A stretch of DNA of 63,028 nt, counting the filler, from Choristocarpus tenellus KU-1152 (lineage: Eukaryota > Protista > Phaeophyceae): the NCBI GenBank assembly GCA_964200185.2. It is 13 parts of 13 records of this genome, joined end to end, with 100 filler letters (N's around TTAATTAATTAA, not from the genome) between each part and the next. Parts side by side here need not be neighbours in the genome. Positions count along the whole stretch, not along the records: positions 35,307 to 43,467 come from CAXNAD020005060.1; positions 43,568 to 48,206 come from CAXNAD020013679.1; positions 48,307 to 52,133 come from CAXNAD020017709.1; 10 more parts are not named here. One strand, 5' to 3'. A program made the position numbers and the translations under genes. Under the pieces are notes generated by a model. The model was not told where the DNA came from. It made no database searches and saw only the letters and a program-made list of their open reading frames with translations. Positions 37,355 through 49,630 of the stretch are shown piece by piece. Numbering within the stretch: the stretch's first letter is position 1; each line of letters opens with the position of its first letter.

Positions 37355-37612
37355 GAGTCAAAGTATCTTTGAGGGCAGAGCCGCGTCCATTTGGGGGCCA
37401 AAATCAAATGTTGATATTTTGATGTAATTTTGGCTGTCGTGTTTGTTAGGAGGTGTCAATATCCTTGTTCCGGACACACGTTTACATAATATATACATAT
37501 TACTTACTCTAAACTTATCGGATTAGGTAAAATGTCATCAAAAATCCGTGGGAAGCCAAGCCCCAAATGGACAAACAGGGCAAACATCGTACCCTCTAAG
37601 ATACTTCCACTC
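37355..37612 (+). mobile_element. MITE class B, complete
   Basis: Collinear with 33165-33424 from TIR to TIR. Flanks (ACCT/TCTT) are not a clean TSD. Confidence 0.88.
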
Positions 37613-38763
37613 TCTTACAAACGTAGAGACGACCTTGGAACTAAGAACATATATGGTACTGCACACATACACACTAAAGCAATATTTCCTAGATGTATAC
37701 TTTTGAGGAAGGGTAGGTTCTTGCTGCACGACTGAGGGTACAATTTATCACCTACTACTCCGAACTACCTATTATTAGTAGCACTACGAAATGCTCTGGA
37801 GTAACACTATCATTCCATGGAATTTTGAAGAGATCTACTGAAGACAAAAATAAATAAGCAACGGTTATCGAGTATTTTGAAGTGTCAATAGAAGAATATA
37901 TTATCCGGAGAGTTGACACAAAGCGAGTCCTTATTATTAGTAGTCGGCAATAATAATAATAATTGCAGAGTCATTAAGACCTGTCTTCCAACGCATAGCT
38001 TGTAAGGTCTCACACCCTGGATCTGTACTACTTAAGTGCATATATATGATGCGTATACCTGGAGTGAATCCACTGTGTTTGGGAAGAAAGTAGTGAAAAT
38101 GCGTAGCACTACAAATGATATACGCAATCCGGAGTATATTGCAGTTCCAGGGTAACATTAGCTCTCACTCACACAGCAAGTGCTGATTGCATTTTTGAGC
38201 ATTGGAAGTCTTTTGAGGTGGATGGGGGGGACATGGCAGGAAGATCCCTCAAAATATTTTACTTGGGTCAAACAAGTACACACGTTAATTTAGATATAAT
38301 TGGAGATAAACAGAGTATTCCCATTGGAAATACACTGTCCTTGCAAGAGGATGGCAGACAGACATCACACACACACACATAAAGTAAATACAACGGAGTG
38401 TGTCATGCTTTGTCGCCTAACCTGTATATCCCAATGTACCCCATGTACAGAATCGCAAAGAACAAGGGAAACAACCCCCAACTCCACCTCTGCTTCAAAA
38501 GCTCTCAAAAGGACTCACACCGTGTTGATCACGTAAACACTGAGAAACGTTGTAGGATCATTATGTAACACTCCGAACTACTGAGCACAACACAACACAA
38601 TTAGTAGCAGTGTCTGCAGAGAAATTCACTAGTCCATCACAACCCTTTGGCAAGGTGAGCGTGACACCAAATACATCAACACAACAGGGGAGAGGTGGAA
38701 TGCTGCAGCAGTTCGATTCAACACTTGTTGATCACTTAGGTCATGCGTGCTTCTCCTCTGTGG

Positions 38764-41181
38764 TCAGAGATCTGTCAGTGACTCCACCGATGATAGCTCT
38801 CCTTCCAACAACTCAACCAGCTCTTGGAAGTCTGGTCGCCGCTCTGGTTCCTGCCATACAGAGTGAGGGGCAAAGAGAGGGTTCACAAACAGTGTGGTTG
38901 GACCCATGGGTTCTACTTGCATACAGTGGGAAAAAAACCCCCATTCACGCCCTCTTAATACAATAAACCGGAAATCTATGCATCACATACGACTATCCAA
39001 TAATGTTCTGGCCGGATAGTGGGTACGAACCGAGTACGACGTACAATAAGATATTAGTAGTTAACACTGCAGGCGTAGCGTTGGATACTTGTAACTACAA
39101 TCAAATCCCCCCTATCTTCAACTCTACCTCCTGTCGAATTTTTTCTGGGAATATTTTTTTTGGGGGATGGTTGACCCAAGAAGCGATTTTCTGGCAAGAG
39201 GTCTGGCCTGTGTGTGATGCCCCTCTCTATTACAAATTTAGAATTCCCTTCCGTCCACCTTCAAGGTCAAACTTATGCACAGACCCCAAAGGCACACAAT
39301 GTGCCTTGTACATCTTCAAAAAAAGCGACCATACCCAGTGGGTCCGTCAATCTTATTCAGGGTCGCTACTACCTGCGCGTCTAAACCATGAAAAAAACAA
39401 AACAAAAAATCTCTCGACAGATATAAAAATGCCTCGCTTCACTATGTCAAAAAAATAAAATAATATATATAAATAAAAAAAATATTTCTTTCACCCCTCA
39501 CAGAATAAAAAAAAACTCGTTTTCCCCCCTATGTACCCCATAACCAGTCAAGCTCACCTGCTGCCAGCATCGGTGGATTAACTCTGCATAGACGGGAGGG
39601 CAACCCCTACTGATTGGAGGCCGTTCCCCTTGAGAAACAGCGTCAATTATGTCGAAACGGCTATGAAGGTGTTCATATGGTCGACGCCGTTCCCATAGCT
39701 CCCATAGGACAACCCCATATGAATAGATGTCCACCTGTTGGCAATCCCGTAGGCGTAAATTGAGGTAGGTCAGCACACCCGCCAAGGTGGTTGACTGACA
39801 GACTCAAGATAATACTTTGATAAATAAAAAATACACTTAGTGAGAAGGAATCGCCACAAAAAGAGGAGCATAAAATGGAAAGGTAGGGGGAAGGTGCTCG
39901 GTTCGGCTTCAATAAAGGGGAACATTCGTGTGCCTTGCCTCTTCTCTGTCAAACACATTACCGAGACATCACTATCACCAAATCTAACTATTAATACAAG
40001 GCACAGACTAGGAATCATGGGACAAGGAGACTATAGAAAATCAGCTTTTGTGTTGAAAATTCCATTTTCTCCTTTTGTTGAGTTCTCATGTACTACAGGC
40101 TCCATCAGACACTCAAACATCCTCGCCATCAAAACAACTACCCAACAGCCCCCCTTATCTATTTCTCATGTACCACATGCCTCATCAGACCCTCTCAAGC
40201 GTCCCCACCATCAATACAATTAGACACACATCAGGGAATAGATAAGAGGACCCACTCCCTACTCACAAGAAACCCTGTCAACAAGGTGTGATCCCCTCCC
40301 AATCACCACCCACCTCATTGCACCCACCCCATGCAGCAGCCAGTCCATCGACCAATCGTTCGAAACTCTCCACCTCCCCATCACACCCGATTGAAACATC
40401 AAACAACCTACTCCTTCCAGAACCCACCTCAACTCACCTCCCCACCTTCACTAACAGTATGTACTCAACCAACTGATCCCACTCGCCTTGGACGTGTACG
40501 TACTCCTCCCCTCTGCACTAAACATCTCAGGTGCAGCCCATGCCACCGTTCCCAGGTTAGTTGTCAGGTCCAGAACATCTTCCTGCCTTGCTCCCACTCT
40601 TCCTACCTGCGAGCCAGGCGATGAGTCTCTAGATCCCTTTAGCCAGCCACCTTCTTGTTCCCCTTCCCCCCTAACCCTTCCCCCCTCATCAGCGAGGGGG
40701 TGACACTGGGAAAGTCTTCTGCCAACGGTAGTTGAAGTATTCACCAAAGGCTGCTCAAGTCCAGCGGCTCCCTCCACCTGCTCAGTCCATCCTCCAGTCG
40801 CCATCGCCCCAGCCTCTTCAACAGTCTTGGCAGCACACCTCTGGTGGGCCTGCATGCGACTTCCTGCATTTTCAACCTCTTGCTTCGCTGATGTCTCTTG
40901 CACCATGGCAACCTGGGAAGTGTACCTTTCTGGAATAAAACGGGACATGCCGAAGTCGGTTACCTGTGCGGGCAGACAAATGCAGACGGGGTGGAAGCAG
41001 GGGCGATGTTTGGTTGCTAAGACCTAACCCTACTACTGCTTCTATTACTACTGGAACTACAGTTAGGAATGTACGTGTGCCTTGACCATTAATAAAAAGA
41101 GGTCAGTCAACACTATTCTGGAAGCATCGTATCTCTTTTCCACACACCGCAAGACCTCGGGTTGGCGGTCACCGAAAACGA

Positions 41182-41231
<50 letters not shown>

Positions 41232-42170
41232 CAAGACAATGCAAGACAACGCAAGACAATGGGGCAGGTAGGGCAACAGAACAGCAAGGGACAAGGGAAG
41301 CTAGGGCCTGTATCCCCATTTTGTCAAGCCCAAGTCTAAAGCAAGGGTTAGAGATATTGCTAAGAAGATAAGGCTCGCATTCGAAGGGTGTAACGGAAAT
41401 AAGGGTTAGGGTTATAGATAAGACAAACCACGGCAGAGGGTGATTCCCTCTCACAAAATACCTTGACATGCCAGCGCTCATCCACAACAAGATTGCTGCT
41501 CTTGAGATCTCGGTGACATATTGGTGGGGAGTGACAATGGAGGAACATCATGCCCCTTGCAGCCTGCCAATGGAGCGAGCGGGTCGACAAGTTCTGTGTG
41601 TGTAAGTTTAAGTAAGTGTGTGTAAGTTTAAGTAAGTGTAAGTAAGTGTAAGTAAGTGTAAGTAAGTGTATAAGTGTAATGGGGGCAAGGGTATGGGAGC
41701 AATGTCTACCACATGGCGACAGAGGGCTGATGTTTCTTTAGGCGTGAACAACAAGCTGTATACTATGAGTGTCAGCTATAGCACAATAATGGTACAAAAA
41801 TATACTGTACACTAAAAAAAATGTCTATAATTTTATCTGCACTAGACCAGCAGCCAAAAAAAAATAGCATGTTGCGTTCAGCCAATGGGACGATTTGCTT
41901 ACTGTGCGACCTCCATACCCCCCCCCCAAAAAAATAAATAAAAAATCTTCCTGTCCAATAACCATCACGAATAGCTAGAGCAAAACCCCCCCAAACTCGC
42001 TTGAGTCCTCTACATGTAAAATGCACTCTGGAGTAAAACCTGCATGTGCTACATATTATGCCATCTCTGTGAATCGGCAGACAAAAAAAGATTTGACAAG
42101 AATGAGGTACACCCTTGAGGATAGTTTGGTTCCACTTTTGCCACACGCTGCTCACAGGCTAATCTCTGTA

Positions 42171-42201
<31 letters not shown>

Positions 42202-42459
42202 GTATGTGTATGTATGTGTATGTATGTGTATGTATGTATGTATGTATGTATGTATGTATGTATGTATGTATGTATGTATGTATGTATGTATGTATGTATG
42301 TATGTGTGTATTTGTGTGTTTGCTGCAGTACCTGCAGAGCAAGGGAAAGTATATGCCCATAACTGGCCTCACGTAGACCTCCATCACCAATGACATCAAA
42401 GAGGCTCCCCCGAGACAAGAGCTCAGTCACAATGCACAGACTGCCCTGTTCGCCTTCTG
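38764..42459 (-). CDS. Tyrosine-kinase-like (TKL) Ser/Thr protein kinase, last five exons (5' part missing)
   Basis: Exons 42459-42332, 41563-41462, 40963-40487, 39734-39558 and 38850-38764. Motifs LCIVTELLSRGSL, AARGMMFLH, HRDLKSSN, DFG, GTVAWAAPE, VDIYSYGVVLWEL, CWQQEPERRPDF, then stop. Phases are compatible; one intron is GC-AG. Confidence 0.93.
41184..41233. repeat. (CAGG)n microsatellite, intronic
   Basis: Read directly from the sequence. Confidence 0.95.
42167..42311. repeat. (TATGTG)n/(TATG)n microsatellite, intronic
   Basis: Read directly; it explains the spurious MYVC/HTYI ORFs. Confidence 0.95.
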
Positions 42460-42598
42460 CTATACAGGAAAACCAACAGCAACACCCCCAATAAGCGTGT
42501 GGAAATGTGAGGGGTTGGCCGGTGAGCGCAGGGGGGTAGGGTGGGTGGGTATAACTCAATGAACATTGAGAAACGCAACAACAGAACAAAAAATATGC

Positions 42599-42622
42599 GG
42601 TTAGGGTTAGGGTTAGGGTTAG
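42599..42622 (+). repeat. Interstitial telomere-like (TTAGGG)n
   Basis: About 4 units. Shorter tracts at 14342, 41402, 49441 and 60172. Confidence 0.85.
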
Positions 42623-43589
42623 TTGCTTTTCAATTGGACCACTGACAAATGTAGGGAATCAAATCAGTTTCCACTGAGTGAGGGAGAGCTAGGGATTGGT
42701 TGAGGGGCGTGATCGTATGGCGCACTACACACACTACACATGCCACACACACTACACATGCCATACACACTACAAAGACGACAACTGACGAGAGAAGGTA
42801 CACCCAGCACATGATCAAAACGGTCTGTTGCGTAACTGTCCTATATATTTGTCAAAAACAAAAACAAAATAGTCCCCAATTTTTGATGTTTTTGATGGGA
42901 AAAAAAGGTAAAAAAAAACAAAAACAGAATGAACATGAGAACTGAAACGCCTCAACAATGATTTCATTCTCCACATTGAAAAGTGACAGTTGGAATTAAC
43001 TGTTGCATGAAGGGACAAAAAAAAAGAAAGAGAGCAATCCTACAAGCGCTGATGCCGTTACTAACAATATTGATACAACAATGACGTAAGGAGGTACGGC
43101 AATTGCCTCCAAAAAGGTGACCCCGCCCTGGCGATTGCGTCGAGTACTTCAATCCCATATCGACTCCCCCACCGCCTCCCATGTAGCCTCCCCACTGAAG
43201 TATTTCCAAACTGTCTTGCACTGGTATGTATCTACAACAATCGTGGTGGATAGAAGTGATGGAATACCTCAAACGCCTTCTAGTGGTGAAATGCAATACA
43301 TACGCTACGTAGTACAATGTAATGTAATGTAACACAATATAATGTAATATATAGCACAATATACACAATACAATAAAAAAAAAAAGTGGAGCAAAAAGAA
43401 TGAAGCAGGGTGAGGGTGGGGCATGGGATGGGGAACAATTTCAACAAAACAAGCAGGGGTGGGTGGGNNNNNNNNNNNNNNNNNNNNNNNNNNNNNNNNN
43501 NNNNNNNNNNNTTAATTAATTAANNNNNNNNNNNNNNNNNNNNNNNNNNNNNNNNNNNNNNNNNNNNGCTGTATGGTAGCATGACTCAG

Positions 43590-43791
43590 GAAGAAATGCA
43601 CTTTTCGCGAGAATTTTTTTCGCGCGCGTCAAACTCGCGTGAATATATCTGGGATTTTGTGTCGAATCGCCCGAATACGAGAATTCCGGTACAAAAGTTT
43701 ATTTTTTGAGAATGTCGAAAAAAGCGGTACAAAATTGAATATTTTTCGATTTGGTTCATAATGTTTAGGCCCAAAATAGGGATACCTACTG
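43590..43791. mobile_element. Right end of a pogo/Tc1-mariner-like non-autonomous element
   Basis: Ends CAAAATAGGGATACCTACTG|TA, whose reverse complement TA|CAGTAGGTATCCCTATTTTG matches the terminus at 47976. CpG-rich internal sequence. Confidence 0.55.
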
Positions 43792-44835
43792 TATTGAGAC
43801 GGGGAAATATTAGGGTACACGTCATCATAATATCAATTGTCCATTTCATACTACGACCATTTTTTGGAGGTTGATCATTTGAAGTTCTGGACTTCAACCC
43901 TACCACAATTTGACTAAAAGACAACGAACCAGGTCACTTAGCATTCGTTCTGCGTTGTGAAGGAGATCTTTGGGGGTGCTGACCTTTTGCGTCGTTTAGA
44001 CCTCTGAGATACTGACAGCATCAGTTGAACGTGGGTTCCTGTTTAAAGGTGGGGGTGATGAAGAATTTGAGCGATGGTTGTGTGCATCCGATTAGTAAAC
44101 CTCCGCTTACCTCGAAATGTGTCGCCGAATACTCATAGTTACATGAACGGTGTGGGTGTGTGTGTGTGTGTATTACGTAAGGGAGCTGTTAGGCGTATGC
44201 AACTCGTCTGTCTCTCTCATCCTCTACATCTCGAAGACCCCTTGTGTGATGGAATTATATTGTAGGAGCTCTATGTATCGATCAGCCTCCCTTCCACCAT
44301 CAATAATAGCATATTAATGCGGTGGAATGGGTGCTGATCGATTTTCCCTACCTCCACTCAAATGGTGGTAAATAGATCGATCGCTCTCTTGGTATTGAAA
44401 GTTGCTGTTGATGCAGCATTGCTTCTTGGTTTGCAATAAACGTGTGTGTTGTATCGGCTTTTAAACATCATACTAGGAATCCCTCAACAATGAAATGGGA
44501 ACAATGAATTCCCAGTTCTTCTAGACCTTCTGTAAAAGTTTTCGCAAGTCTTAACGACTGGCACCCCTCTTCTCCACGTACCAATCCATTCCCTCTTTTG
44601 CTGTTTTTAATCAACCATTCGTACCTAACTGAAGCACTAGATCTTATCTCTAACTTGCACCTAGACCTGCTCGACTTCGTAGTGCGCATAAATGTCTCGC
44701 TCTTCACATTATTCTTTTCATTGTCGATATCTAACTTTGTACGATGCGCCCGTTTGCTTTGCTCATGAACTATTGTGATCGAGATCTCGAGGGTGAAAGC
44801 AAAGGGGGGATAGTAATAATCTCTGCTGCAACAAA

Positions 44836-45279
44836 ATGGCTGAAATTTGGGTGAAGATTATTGCAACTGCCCTAGCAGGACTTGCGACTGGGGCGCTTAC
44901 CTTTGTATCCTTCGTTGATACAAGAACCTTCCTCAACCTTGCCTCTGCGAAGGAAGAAAGTGTTATTAAGAAGATTTTTCCAGAGTGGTGGCCGAACGGA
45001 CGTGATCTGATGGTTCCCCTCATTCTCCTCAACGGCATTTCCCACTTATTCGCGTACTGGCTCTCGAGCAACTATTCATGGCTCTGGGCAGGGATTTTGA
45101 TATTCAGTGTTGGCCCGTATACTAAGTTCGTATTGATGGAGGACATCGATGGCTTACGAAAAGCGGAGGGAAAGGATGTTGTCAAGATGACAAAGAGTTT
45201 CTGCCACATGCATCACCTTCGGTTGGTGGCTGCTGCAACCGGCTTTTTCATCTCTCTCAATGCTCTCGCTTCTGGTTAG
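44836..45279 (+). CDS. DUF1772 (anthrone-oxygenase-like) small membrane protein, 147 aa, intronless
   Basis: Clean ATG-to-TAG ORF with about four hydrophobic helices. Pattern GL.TG...FVSFV, WWPNG, GPYT..(L)M...L, and C-terminal H..R (FCHMHHLRL) typical of the family. Confidence 0.75.
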   Translation: MAEIWVKIIATALAGLATGALTFVSFVDTRTFLNLASAKEESVIKKIFPEWWPNGRDLMVPLILLNGISHLFAYWLSSNYSWLWAGILIFSVGPYTKFVLMEDIDGLRKAEGKDVVKMTKSFCHMHHLRLVAAATGFFISLNALASG

Positions 45280-47975
45280 GTGAAAGACGGTGCCCAGAAA
45301 ATTAGATCCCCTTCCCGTAGACTGAAGAGGAATAGGTAGGGTTGTTTTGAGTTGTTGGGGTACACGTTAATTCAAGGGGACTGCGTTTTGTGTTTCATTG
45401 TCGTGAAGTAAAAGGAATTGTTCGCTTGATTTATGTACTCGAAGACTTTTTCATATCGAGCAGTTGTATGACGTACTTACGACTTCTACCAGTGTTCTTT
45501 GGCTTCTATATTTATTAGTAGTAGGACATAGATCTCTTACAGCATTATGATTTATGGCGATCCTTCCAGCCATGGGGCGAAGACTGGTTGTATTCTTGGG
45601 AGGTAGAAAACGTCCAGCCAGAGCGTCAGTGCTGTGCATATCAATAGTTGTTTCATATGCAGGTGTCAACAAAAGCTTGCGTAGAACCTAGTGCAAGGAG
45701 AGTCAGTTGGGTGAAACAATACACTATGCTTATGTCACCCCATCCTGTGGCGATCCTGAACTGTGTTGTCAAGTGGAGGTGTGCGGAGGAGAGACCACTC
45801 CCAGCTTCAGTGTCTCTGGTAGATACATGGTGCTAGCAGAGGACTCTGGCAGTTGAGTCTTGCCATGCTTACTCGTTGAGATAATATGCACAGCTTTTTA
45901 TTATTTATCTACCACGTACATATCTGATTGGGTGGTTTAGCTAGTCCGTCACAGCAGCAATGGAGTGTTTGGATAGTTGAGGTTCCAGCAAAATGCAGTA
46001 GCGTGGTGAGTGGTGGGGGAAGTAGGACAAGAGTAATGATGCCATGCCCCTTCCACTTGTGATGCTTTGAAGAATACGATCCAAGTAGTGTAAGGGGGTA
46101 GTTTTTTTGTTATGACTCCCAATAGAGCTCGATTATATTTTTATGGAGAAGAGGATAGGTTACTGATAGCTTAACACTCAATACTGGTCTGAGGAATGAG
46201 ATCAGGAAGAAAGCAACAACAGGAAGACTTGATTGACCGCTCAATTATAAAATATTGCATGTTTGGCATCAATGAAGTAATGCACATCTCTTTTTTTAAG
46301 AGCTTTGAATTGTCATAAAATTATACAACACATCTCGTTCAAGAATGTTGAGCCACTGTTTTCTATCTGAGTCTAATCTTGCAAATCTCTTCCCCTATCT
46401 CGTAATGTGGTCAGAAGCTACAGATAGAATGAAAGTGAGCTAGGTTTGAGACGAGGTTTATCAGACAAATGAAGCACCGTGATGAACAGGCGGTGGTGTT
46501 TATGCAAGATTGGAGCACCTTAATGAAATCGCCTTATTTAAGTAGTCAAAATAAGCATTTGCTCCTTTTTGATTCACAGATATCCCGCCATCGTTGGCCT
46601 AATGGTTGATACAGGCCGGATCAAGTTGTTACTATTCATGGACTCAGATGCCTTCACATTCTTGGTCTGAGTTTGCAGGTTGAACAAAAGCAGCAGCATT
46701 TTTAGTGTCCTGACCCAGGCAAGATAGCTGCTTAGGGAGGGGTTTTGGTACTGGAGAGTAAATTGCCCTTCAATATAAAGTCTACATGCATGTATTTATC
46801 ATCAATGGGTAGTATCCATCCTCGATTGGGAATCTTGTTATTCTTGTTTTTTATTCATCAATATTGAAGAGGAATTTTCTTCCACTACCACCAACTGTGG
46901 GGTTATAGTATTTCTGACCAAGAGGTTTTATTAAATTAACATATTTATCCATCGACGTAGGGCCTACCTACCAATCTATTTACGTGTGTGTATTTTAGTA
47001 TGGACTCCCTCGTGAAGAGAAACATTGTCAAGCATCAGTAGGGTAGGGGACAGTGATCGATGGTCATGATAATTAGATTGTTGTATTTCATATCAGTGTT
47101 CTTGTTGTTGCCATCATCAGTACATTGATGCAACTACTGCTAGCAGTACTGGTGCTACTATTTCAGGTAGAAAAATGTAATGACAGAGAGATGACATGGG
47201 AAAAAGAGGGAGTGGAGGCAATACACAACACACAGCATTCGCATACAAACTTTGGGGCATGTAGCAATTCTGGTAGACAACACCACAATATCCTCCCTGA
47301 CGTCCTTAAGAGTCCTATGCAAGGGATGCCACACATGCATGAAACTATGCCAGATTGAGGCTTCTTTGCTCAAGGTCCTTAACAGGCAAAAACTCCAAGT
47401 AGAAACAGAAAACGCTGATTTTGAACATTCCACTGTTCTTCTTGTGATGTTCTTCAATATACCATTGTCTGGGTTTAAAAATAATCATCTCTTGATCACA
47501 CGGAAGTTTTATGCATCACCACCACCTGACCCACCTTGTGACGCCCACATTGGAATAATGTCATTGTTGACAAAAAAATGAAATTGGATTCGATTTGGAG
47601 AAAAGAGAGCTAATCGTTGATTGAGGCAAGAATGTTCTAGAGCAAAAGCCTGAAGATTCCTCATCCCAACATGCAAAACATACGACAGTCTACATTGGCG
47701 TATCATCTTTTAAGGCTTTCCGTTTCAAAGTCAGTTGATGACAAATTGGCACCTCGCTTTTGAGGTAGAGAGTATCAAAATTATTCCTTATTTTTGTTCC
47801 ACCCGTTAGTCAGCACTGGAGAGTAGAATGTGATCTAAAGTCTTCTGAGTGAGGAAATGATTGTACCAATCTGAATTATTAATAATCATACCAATGATTT
47901 ACATAAATATATTATATAAGCTTGTGAGAACTCTAACCATTACTATTACTAGTTTTGCTCTTCCGTGTATATCTA

Positions 47976-48206
47976 CAGTAGGTTACCCGATTTTGTTCAC
48001 CCATAGGCATGCCCGAAAAAAGCGAAACAAAATTGATGTGGTGCAAAATAGTATTTTGTACCACTTGGTACAAAACCGGGAAATCAATCGTGGAATCGAC
48101 TAATTAATCGTGGTGAGCTAGGAAATCAATCGTCGAAGCGACTGATTAATTGTGGTGAGCTGGGAAATCAATTGTGGAATCGACTAATTAATCGTGGCGA
48201 GCTGGG
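47976..48206 (+). mobile_element. Left end of a pogo/Tc1-mariner-like element with 42-bp tandem repeats
   Basis: TA|CAGTAGGTTACCCGATTTTG. Three copies of GGGAAATCAATCGTGGAATCGACTAATTAATCGTGGTGAGCT start at 48078, 48120 and 48162 and run into the contig end. Confidence 0.6.
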
Positions 48207-48306
48207 NNNNNNNNNNNNNNNNNNNNNNNNNNNNNNNNNNNNNNNNNNNNTTAATTAATTAANNNNNNNNNNNNNNNNNNNNNNNNNNNNNNNNNNNNNN
48301 NNNNNN

Positions 48307-48440
48307 ACTATGTACTGTTGTTACTAGGTACTATGTACTATTGTTACTAGATACTATGTACTATTGTTACTAGATACTATGTACTATTGTTACTAGATAC
48401 TATGTACTATTGTTACTAGATACTATGTCCTAATGTTACC
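48307..48440. repeat. 23-bp minisatellite ACTATGTACTATTGTTACTAGAT (about 5.5 copies)
   Basis: Read directly from the sequence. Confidence 0.92.
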
Positions 48441-48649
48441 ATCGCCAACAAACTATACCACTATGATCTATAACAATCATGATTGCAACCTCAAATAATA
48501 ACGATCTATAACATCAGACTAGACCATCAGACTCAACCATCAGACTCAACCATCGGACTCAACCATCAGACTAGACCTTCATGACAACTTACTAACCTGC
48601 CTAATAGAGTTATGTCCAGACAGGGGACTCTAACACACTCATCACATGA

Positions 48650-48713
48650 CCTTAACCCTAACTCTAACCCTAACCCTAACCCTAACCATAACCATAACCA
48701 TAACCATAACCAT
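48650..48713. repeat. Telomere-like (CCCTAA)n grading into (CCATAA)n
   Basis: Read directly from the sequence. Confidence 0.9.
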
Positions 48714-49064
48714 GCAGTGCCAGCAGTGCAGGGTGATTGCATTATGAAATTGCCGAAGTGGTCATTTTAGGGGTTGGGTTAGGGTTTACATAATTCATTT
48801 TTGGATGGGTAGCAGGGAGAATAACTGAGAGCCCATCAACACACAAGGCTAAGTATGGCATAGTCTGGTTGAAGAGTCAACTGAGTGTTGTTGACAGTAG
48901 TAGGAAATGAACATTATAGGGTTAGTTGACAACCATCTTGATTCTTGATTCTTGATTCTTGATTCTTGATTCTTGATACAGCGATTTAGTGCGAATGATG
49001 GATATGGATGGGTGAAAAACAAAAACTCTCTTTGTCTTGCATTTACATATCAACATGTATTAGC

Positions 49065-49262
49065 ACTATTAATAGTGTGTTCTAGTACTAACAGTATTAA
49101 TGCTATAAATAGTGTGTTCTAGTACTATACAGTATTAATACTATAAATAGTATCTTCTAGTGCTATTCAGTATTGATACTATAAATAGTATGTTCTAGTG
49201 CTATACAGTATTAATACTATAAATAGTGTGCACTACTACTGTAAATATAGTATTAATACTAT
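49065..49262. repeat. About 38-39 bp AT-rich minisatellite (TACTATAAATAGTGTGTTCTAGTACTATACAGTATTAA)
   Basis: About five degenerate copies. Confidence 0.8.
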
Positions 49263-49630
49263 ATTTTAAATTCTATAGTACTATAAATATAGATTAACAA
49301 TATAGTATTATAAATACAGATTAATAATATAGTACACACATAATGTAAGAAAAGAAGAAGAGGATACTATTTTGAAATAGACTTATCTCATCAATTTTAA
49401 ATAGAGCTCGAAAACTTAAAAAAAGGATCTCAGACCTATTTTAACCCTAACCCTATCCTTCCAATGAAGAAAGAAAAATATATTATTTTTTACAGAATGT
49501 AAAGAATATAAAAAAGGTAAAAAGAAGGTTAAGAATGTTTTTAAGAATATTAAAAATGTATAAAATGTTAAGAATGTTAAGAATATTAAGAATATTAAGA
49601 ATATAAAGATATGCTCGTATCTCGGCTCAC

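Noticed and set aside
48078-48206. 42-bp repeats as CRISPR
   Set aside because: Head-to-tail with no spacers; part of a transposon end.
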